Below, piece after piece: positions 22,956 through 29,312 of a stretch of DNA of 32,218 bases. Location: positions 1 through 32,218 of the IMG/VR virus record IMGVR_UViG_3300032305_000597; one strand, 5' to 3'. The notes under the pieces were generated by a model. That model did no database searches, had not been told where the DNA came from, and saw only the letters and a program-made list of their open reading frames with translations. The stretch comes from a virus (taxonomy: Duplodnaviria; Caudoviricetes). The position numbers were made by a program, and so were the translations under genes. How positions within the stretch are numbered: position 1 is the first letter of the stretch; each line of letters begins with the position of its first letter.

Positions 22956-24521
22956 ATGCAAATTTTAGCTGACCGCACACTTGTGGTCCAAACTAAACAT
23001 CCCGCTCGTGTGCTGGAGACCGTGCCTAACAGCAAGGTTGCTTACGACTACGGCGACGGGCGCTACGAGGTGTCCCTTGATTGGGACCTACCTTCAACCC
23101 AAACGCTGAGCAAGTTCATGAAGAACGTGCCATCACCCATAAAGCGTGACTACCACTGGCCGCGCCCCTTGGGGTTTGAGCCGTTTGATCACCAGAAAGA
23201 AACGGCCTCCTTTCTTTCACTGCGTAAGCGTGCGTTCTGCTTCAACGAGCAGGGCACAGGCAAGACGGCTTCTGTTATCTGGGCGGCGGACTATCTGATG
23301 AAGGCGGGCTTGATAAAGCGTGTCCTAGTCGTGTGCCCTCTGTCCATCATGCAGAGCGCGTGGCAACAAGACTTGTTTAAGTTTGCCGTGCACCGTCGCG
23401 TGGACGTAGCGTATGGTGACGCAAAGAAGCGTAACAAGATTGCCAACAGCAACGCCGAGTTTATCATCATTAACTACGACGGACTGCCTGCGATTGCTGA
23501 GGAAGCTATCAAGAACAACCTGTTTGACCTGATTGTGATTGACGAGGCTAACGCCTACAAGAACGTGCAGACCAAGCGTTGGAAACTGATGCGCAAACTT
23601 GTGACCGATAAGACGCACCTGTGGATGTTGACTGGCACGCCTGCGGCGCAGACGCCCACGGATGCATACGGCTTAGGAAAGCTCTGTGTGCCTGACCGCG
23701 CACCGCGTTTCTTTGGCGACTTCCGCGAGTCCGTCATGCAGAACTTTGGCATGTATCGTTGGGAGCCACGCCCTGACGCAGAAAAGATTGTGCACGAGCT
23801 GCTACAACCAGCCATTCGGTTTGAGAAGAAGGACTGTTTGGACCTGCCTGACGTTACGTTTGTGGAGCGTGAAGCACCACTGACGCCGACCCAGCGCAAG
23901 TATTACAAGGAGCTGAAAGATCAGATGCTGCTGGAGACAGCGGGCGAGGAGATCAGCACGGTCAATGCTGCGGCGCGGATGAACAAGCTGCTCCAGATTT
24001 CCTGTGGCACGGTGTACAGCGACAGCGGCGCAGTGGTGTATTTCGATGTGTCAAACCGACTGAACGTGGTTGAGGAAGTTATCGAAGAGGCGAGTCACAA
24101 GGTTCTGGTGTTCGCGCCGTTCCGTCATGCCATTGATATGCTTCACGCCCACTTGACCAAGGCGGGCATTGCTTGCGACGTCATTCACGGCGACGTACCT
24201 GTGCGTAAGCGTACGGACATCTTCAAGCGGTTCCAAGAGAAGGACGACATAAAGGTGTTGGTCATTCAGCCTCAAGCCGCGTCACACGGTGTCACCTTAA
24301 CCGCTGCCAATGTGATCGTATGGTACGCGCCTGTTACGTCAACCGAGACCTACTTGCAGGCCAACGCACGCATTGATCGGCCCGGCCAGCGCAACCCCAT
24401 GACTATCGTGCACATTGAAGGTAGTCCTGTCGAGCGCAAGCTGTATCGCATGTTGCGTGAAAACATCACCAACCACACAAAAGTGATTGATCTTTACAAC
24501 AATGAGTTGTCAGACACTTGA
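22956..24521 (+). CDS. SNF2-family (SF2) helicase
   Basis: Q motif PFDHQ, Walker A EQGTGKT, VVCPLS, DEAN box, LTGTP, HGVTLT and QANARIDRPGQ. Confidence 0.93.
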   Translation: MQILADRTLVVQTKHPARVLETVPNSKVAYDYGDGRYEVSLDWDLPSTQTLSKFMKNVPSPIKRDYHWPRPLGFEPFDHQKETASFLSLRKRAFCFNEQGTGKTASVIWAADYLMKAGLIKRVLVVCPLSIMQSAWQQDLFKFAVHRRVDVAYGDAKKRNKIANSNAEFIIINYDGLPAIAEEAIKNNLFDLIVIDEANAYKNVQTKRWKLMRKLVTDKTHLWMLTGTPAAQTPTDAYGLGKLCVPDRAPRFFGDFRESVMQNFGMYRWEPRPDAEKIVHELLQPAIRFEKKDCLDLPDVTFVEREAPLTPTQRKYYKELKDQMLLETAGEEISTVNAAARMNKLLQISCGTVYSDSGAVVYFDVSNRLNVVEEVIEEASHKVLVFAPFRHAIDMLHAHLTKAGIACDVIHGDVPVRKRTDIFKRFQEKDDIKVLVIQPQAASHGVTLTAANVIVWYAPVTSTETYLQANARIDRPGQRNPMTIVHIEGSPVERKLYRMLRENITNHTKVIDLYNNELSDT

Positions 24522-24545
24522 CTTTGTCAAGTTTCCTGATATACT
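24518..24545 (+). promoter_or_regulatory. Sigma70 promoter with palindromic -35 region
   Basis: TTGACT-16 bp-TATACT with an extended -10 TG; overlaps the palindrome CTTGAC-TTT-GTCAAG (24517-24531). Confidence 0.7.
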
Positions 24546-24575
24546 TAACAACCCAAAACAGAAAGAGAGAGCAAC

Positions 24576-24980
24576 ATGGAAGAAGACCTGTCAGTAGATA
24601 AACTGTCCGCTGTCTACCTGAAGATTCGTACTGCACGCGAAGAGCTTAAAGCTAGGTTCGATGCTGATGACAAAGTATTCGCGGACCAAATGTTCGACAT
24701 AGAAAATGCTTTGATCGACGCTTTGAACAACGCCGAAGCTGATAGCATATCAACCCCTCATGCAACAGTTATCCGTCGAATCTCGACGCGATACAACCCA
24801 ACAAACTGGGACGCCATTTATCGTTTGGTGCACAAGCACAACGCCTACGGACTCTTGTTCAAGCGAGTGCATGACGCCAACATGAAGGAGTTCCTTGAAC
24901 AGAATCCCGATGAGTTCCCCGAAGGACTCAACGTCGATAGAAAGTACGCCGTAACAGTGCGTCGTAAGTCATCAACCTAA
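24576..24980 (+). CDS. Conserved phage replication-module hypothetical protein (134 aa)
   Basis: Coiled-coil N-terminus followed by a NWDAIY...LLFKRV...PEGLN pattern; purine-rich RBS. Confidence 0.8.
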   Translation: MEEDLSVDKLSAVYLKIRTAREELKARFDADDKVFADQMFDIENALIDALNNAEADSISTPHATVIRRISTRYNPTNWDAIYRLVHKHNAYGLLFKRVHDANMKEFLEQNPDEFPEGLNVDRKYAVTVRRKSST

Positions 24981-24993
24981 AGGAGAGATAGTA

Positions 24994-25881
24994 ATGAGCA
25001 ACATTCAAACATTCCGTGGCGAAATGCCAGCCCACTTGCAAAACGTCAAACTCGACGACTTTACCCAAGCGTTTAGGTCATCTGGCGGTAGCGTCAAGCG
25101 CATCACACTGCGCGGGCGTGTTTTCCGTTTGGTAGACGGCGGCAAAGAAATTTCCAAGAACACCGACCCAGAAATGGAAGTCGTCATTGTCAGCGGTAGC
25201 AAGACGGTGCAGAAGTCCTATTACGCTGGTGAGTACAACGCCGAAGAGACCTCCGTGCCAGACTGCTGGTCTAGCGACGGTGAGCGTCCTGACGCTGACG
25301 TGGCCAACCCACAAGGTGAGCGCTGTAAGGATTGCCAACAGGCGATCAAAGGCTCAGCAGGTGCTGGCCGCGCCGCTTGCCGCTACTCATGGCGACTCGG
25401 TGTAGTCCTTCGCAATAACATGGGGGGTGATATTTATCAACTTATCCTCCCCCAGAAGTCTATCTTTGGCCAAGGTGACGTCCAACACATGCCGTTCCTG
25501 CAATACGCTAAGTACGTTGCGCAGTCAGGCTACAACTTGAACATGCTGGTTACCAAGCTATCGTTTGACACAGATAGTGATTTCCCTAAGTTGGTATTTA
25601 GCAACGCTGAGTTCCTCGACAAGGATAATTACCAGATTGCCGTTGCCCAAGGCCAGACGCAGGTTGCCATTAACGCTGGCCGTTTGAGCTACACCAAGAA
25701 GGCAGATGTAGCCGCCATCCCTATGCTTGTTGCTCCTGCTGGCTCCGCCGCCGCAGAGATCAAGGCAGAGCCAGAGGGTGTCATTGAACCAACCGTGCGT
25801 ACCGCCGCTAAGGTTAAAGAAGCTCCGAAAGAGAAGCAGAACCTTGCCAAGCTGGTTGACTCGTGGGGCGACGACGAATGA
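24994..25881 (+). CDS. Putative ssDNA-binding/annealing protein with Cys cluster
   Basis: AAGGAG RBS; PDCWSSDG..PD, CKDC, ACR and an acidic-aromatic C-terminus (SWGDDE). Located in the replication module; function is inferred. Confidence 0.55.
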   Translation: MSNIQTFRGEMPAHLQNVKLDDFTQAFRSSGGSVKRITLRGRVFRLVDGGKEISKNTDPEMEVVIVSGSKTVQKSYYAGEYNAEETSVPDCWSSDGERPDADVANPQGERCKDCQQAIKGSAGAGRAACRYSWRLGVVLRNNMGGDIYQLILPQKSIFGQGDVQHMPFLQYAKYVAQSGYNLNMLVTKLSFDTDSDFPKLVFSNAEFLDKDNYQIAVAQGQTQVAINAGRLSYTKKADVAAIPMLVAPAGSAAAEIKAEPEGVIEPTVRTAAKVKEAPKEKQNLAKLVDSWGDDE

Positions 25882-26105
25882 TTGGCTACAGTCAGCGTGT
25901 AGTTCAGACTAACCGAGACGCTGATAAGGGTAGTCTGGGAGTTTTACTTGGGCGCTACTGCATCCAGAAAGAGCTCCCAGTCAACGACGTGATGGAATAC
26001 TTTGATGTGTCCAAGCAAACTGTGTATAGCTGGTTTGCAGGGACACACATTCCAAGTAAGCGCCACGCCACACTTATCAATAAGTTTCTCGGTCGTACTG
26101 GCTAA
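25878..26105 (+). CDS. Cro/XRE-like helix-turn-helix protein (75 aa)
   Basis: LPVNDVMEYFDVSKQTVYSWFAG HTH pattern; ATGA overlap at 25878. Confidence 0.8.
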   Translation: MIGYSQRVVQTNRDADKGSLGVLLGRYCIQKELPVNDVMEYFDVSKQTVYSWFAGTHIPSKRHATLINKFLGRTG

Positions 26106-26112
26106 ACCCGTT

Positions 26113-26169
26113 TGGGGGTAACTAGCTCGACGGAGCGAACGGGGTTTCCGTCAGCCCCCGTTACCCCCA
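26113..26169 (+). ncRNA. Candidate structured cis-regulatory RNA (or ssDNA element) upstream of the primase-helicase
   Basis: A 10-bp closing stem (26113-26122/26160-26169) encloses two hairpins whose loop regions are complementary (GACGG/CCGTC). Confidence 0.55.
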
Positions 26170-26198
26170 CCCTCTCTCATGACGTGCATGGACAAAAT

Positions 26199-29048
26199 AT
26201 GGCGGATGTTCGGTTACTCAGCGCAGTACTACCTCAAGTTGACGACGGGTGGTACTGCGTACTGGGCTTAAAAAACGGGCGGTTTACCTCCCAAGAACAC
26301 TTCAAGACGATCGAAGAAGTAGAAGCAGAAGCCGATCGACTTGTAGCCCAGAGCGTAGATGCCTTCTTCGCTTGCGGCAAATTTATAACAGACGAGAACC
26401 GAGACGCCGACAACTGCGGTTGGATGCAATCTTTTTTCTTGGATATTGATTGTGGCTTAGATAAAGCAACCCCCGACAAGCACGGGCGCATCAAAGGCTA
26501 CATCGACCAGCCTACTGGTATGCAGGCGCTCAAAGACCTGTGCAAAACCCTGAACCTACCTCGGCCTAGCGTGATCAACAGCGGGCGTGGTTGGCACGTC
26601 TACTGGACGCTGACCGAACCTGTATCCAAAGATCAGTGGTTACCTGTTGCAGTTGCCTTCAAGGCACTGTGCCTAAAACACAAGTTTATTGTGGACCCCG
26701 CAGTCCCTGCGGATGCCGCACGTATTCTTAGGGTCCCGGGCACTAAGAACTTTAAAGGCAATCCAGCGCACGACGTGGAGCTGCTGCACTTGGCAAACCC
26801 AATTACGTTCGACGACTTTGCCGCACGCTTGGGGCCTATTGCTCCTGTCAAGACGCATACGCCTGTCAAAGAACTCGACGAGTTTACTCGCGCCGTGATT
26901 GGCAACCGTCAGTCCCGCTTCAAGACCATCATGATGAAGACGGCTGAGGGTAAGGGATGCGCACAGCTTCAGAACATCATAGAGAATCAAGCTGACATTG
27001 AGGAGCCACTTTGGCGGGCAGGGCTGTCCATTGCTCAGCACTGTGTGGACCGCGACAAGGCGATTCACATGATGTCTGATCAGCATCCTGACTACAGTCG
27101 TGACACCACCGAGCGCAAGGCCCACGCTACGAAGGGCCCGTACACGTGTGAAGTGTTTGACTCTTTCTATCCTAACGTGTGTGACCAATGCCCAAACAAG
27201 GGCCAGATCAAGTCCCCGATTGTGCTTGGCCACGAGATTGCCAAGTCCAACGAAGGTGACACGATCAACTACGAGACCGCGCCTGCGCCAGCCGTGGCCG
27301 TGGACCCCACCACCAAGACGGGCTTTGTAGTTCCTAAACTACCGCATCGTTACTTTCGGGGCAAGAACGGTGGCATCTACAAGTACCTCAAGGACGAAGA
27401 CGAAGAAGATGGCGAGAAGGGCGTAGCCCTTGTTTACGAATACGACCTATTTGTAGTGAAGCGCTTGTTTGACCCCATGCAGGGTGAGACGGTCTTGATT
27501 CACTTGGCACTACCCCGAGATGGGGTGAAAGAGTTTTCCCTGACGCTGGTCGATGCGCTGAGCAAAGACGAGCTGCGCAAGGTTTTATCGTTCCAAGGCG
27601 TGATTGCAATGCAAGTCCAGATGAATTTGATTTTGGAGTATTTGGTGCAATGCGCGAAGGAACTGCAAGTATCACAAGAGGTAGAGACAATGAGACTGCA
27701 ATTTGGTTGGGCTGACGGTGACTCTAAGTTCATCCTTGGTGACCGTGAGATTGGCCCAAGTTATTCGCGTTACAGCCCACCGTCCAAGGCGACCCGTGAA
27801 GTAGCTCACGCTTTGCGCCCTATGGGTAGCTTAGAGGAGTGGAAGGACATCATTAACACATACAACATGCCCGGCTTTGAGCCTCACGCTTTTGCTGTCT
27901 TCACAGCGTTTGGCGCACCCCTGATTAAGTTCATGGGAGTGAAGGGCGGCATCATCAACTTGATTAACAACCGCTCGGGTACGGGTAAGTCCACCATTCT
28001 GCAAGTAATGAACAGCGTGTGGGGCCACCCAGACGAGCTGATGTTGCAATGGCGCGACACTTTGAACGTGAAGCTACACCGTATGGCCGTGATGTGCAAC
28101 CTGCCCTTGGGTGTGGACGAGATCACTAAGATGAGCGGTGACGACTTTTCTGACCTAGCCTACAGCGTGACCCAAGGTACACCGCGCCGCCGCATGAAGG
28201 CGTCCGCCAACGAGGAGCGCGAATCCCAAGGCTACTGGGCCACCACCATGGTGTGCACATCCAACGCCAGTATGACTGACAAGCTGGAATCCCTGAAAGC
28301 CACGGCTGAAGGTGAGCTGATGCGCATGATGCAGTACCGTATTGACCCAACCAGCAATCTTGACAAAGCCACGGCCAAACACATCTTTGGTCGTCTACAC
28401 AGTAACTACGGTCTGGCTGGACAAATCTATGCGCAGAACCTTGTGGGTAACTTGGAAGACACCATTGAGACAGCCTTGGGTTTACAGGTTAAGTTTGACA
28501 AAGCCGCCAAGATTGACACGCGGGAACGGTTCTGGTCTGCCATGGTTGCGTCCAACCTGACGGGCGCAGTATCCGCTCGTAAACTTGGCTTACATAATAT
28601 AGATACCAAGCGCGTGTTTGACTGGGCGGTCAACGAGGTGCAAACCATGCAGGGTGAAGTTCGTGTGTCGTTTGACGACTACGCCACTGTGGTGGGTGAG
28701 TTTTTACTCAAGCACAACTTAAACATTCTTGTGTGCAATCGGCACAGCTCGTCCAAGTCTGGCATTGCCGCCGCTCCGCTGGTGAACCCACGCGGTCCGC
28801 TGATGATTCGTTACGAGCCTGACACCAAGCGCTTGTTTATCGTACGCCAAGAGTTGAAGAACTTCTGTGTCAGCCGCCAGATCACGTTCAACGATATGTT
28901 AGCTGGCCTGAACAAAGATGGCGCGTTCATCGCCGAAGTACGTACCCGCCTTGATATTGGCATGGAGATGCAAGCTCCTCCTGTGGTGGCGCTTGAGTTC
29001 GATGCTGACCTATTGGGTGTAGCGCCGGGTCTGGGTGATGCGGATTGA
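26199..29048 (+). CDS. Primase-helicase fusion (AEP/RepB-like primase, DUF927-like domain, P-loop helicase)
   Basis: FFLDIDCG, NSGRGWHVYW and ARILRVPGT primase motifs; Cys cluster GPYTC...CDQC; Walker A SGTGKST and Walker B LGVDE. Likely start ATG 26199. Confidence 0.88.
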   Translation: MADVRLLSAVLPQVDDGWYCVLGLKNGRFTSQEHFKTIEEVEAEADRLVAQSVDAFFACGKFITDENRDADNCGWMQSFFLDIDCGLDKATPDKHGRIKGYIDQPTGMQALKDLCKTLNLPRPSVINSGRGWHVYWTLTEPVSKDQWLPVAVAFKALCLKHKFIVDPAVPADAARILRVPGTKNFKGNPAHDVELLHLANPITFDDFAARLGPIAPVKTHTPVKELDEFTRAVIGNRQSRFKTIMMKTAEGKGCAQLQNIIENQADIEEPLWRAGLSIAQHCVDRDKAIHMMSDQHPDYSRDTTERKAHATKGPYTCEVFDSFYPNVCDQCPNKGQIKSPIVLGHEIAKSNEGDTINYETAPAPAVAVDPTTKTGFVVPKLPHRYFRGKNGGIYKYLKDEDEEDGEKGVALVYEYDLFVVKRLFDPMQGETVLIHLALPRDGVKEFSLTLVDALSKDELRKVLSFQGVIAMQVQMNLILEYLVQCAKELQVSQEVETMRLQFGWADGDSKFILGDREIGPSYSRYSPPSKATREVAHALRPMGSLEEWKDIINTYNMPGFEPHAFAVFTAFGAPLIKFMGVKGGIINLINNRSGTGKSTILQVMNSVWGHPDELMLQWRDTLNVKLHRMAVMCNLPLGVDEITKMSGDDFSDLAYSVTQGTPRRRMKASANEERESQGYWATTMVCTSNASMTDKLESLKATAEGELMRMMQYRIDPTSNLDKATAKHIFGRLHSNYGLAGQIYAQNLVGNLEDTIETALGLQVKFDKAAKIDTRERFWSAMVASNLTGAVSARKLGLHNIDTKRVFDWAVNEVQTMQGEVRVSFDDYATVVGEFLLKHNLNILVCNRHSSSKSGIAAAPLVNPRGPLMIRYEPDTKRLFIVRQELKNFCVSRQITFNDMLAGLNKDGAFIAEVRTRLDIGMEMQAPPVVALEFDADLLGVAPGLGDAD

Positions 29049-29238
29049 GGGTGTTAACTATTACCTGCACTGGCCAAAGTTCAGGATAGGCACATCGTTC
29101 TTTGTCCCATGCCTCAATGATGCCGACGCCCGCCAACGCATCGAAACTAAGATGTCCCGGCTGGGTTACGCCACAATCATTAAGCTAGTAGTAGAAGATG
29201 GAATACGAGGCTTGCGGGTCTGGCGCATTAAGCGGTAG
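29035..29238 (+). CDS. Small conserved phage hypothetical protein (67 aa)
   Basis: W.KF..G.SFFVPC...GLRVWR pattern; overlaps the primase stop; last plus-strand gene. Confidence 0.78.
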   Translation: MMRIEGVNYYLHWPKFRIGTSFFVPCLNDADARQRIETKMSRLGYATIIKLVVEDGIRGLRVWRIKR

Positions 29239-29282
29239 AATCTGCGTGCAACTTGCAGTTGCCTCTCCCTGCTGATGGACTT

Positions 29283-29312
29283 AGCCCCGCCGTAAAAAGC
29301 GGGGCTCTTTTT
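29283..29312 (+). terminator. Rho-independent terminator at the convergence of the two transcription directions
   Basis: AGCCCCGC-CGTAAAAA-GCGGGGCT followed by CTTTTT; abuts the stop of the minus-strand gene. Confidence 0.85.

Noticed and set aside
26113-26169. The primase-leader structure read as a tRNA or hammerhead ribozyme
   Set aside because: It has no T-loop or D-loop consensus or cloverleaf, and no CUGANGA/GAAA catalytic core.
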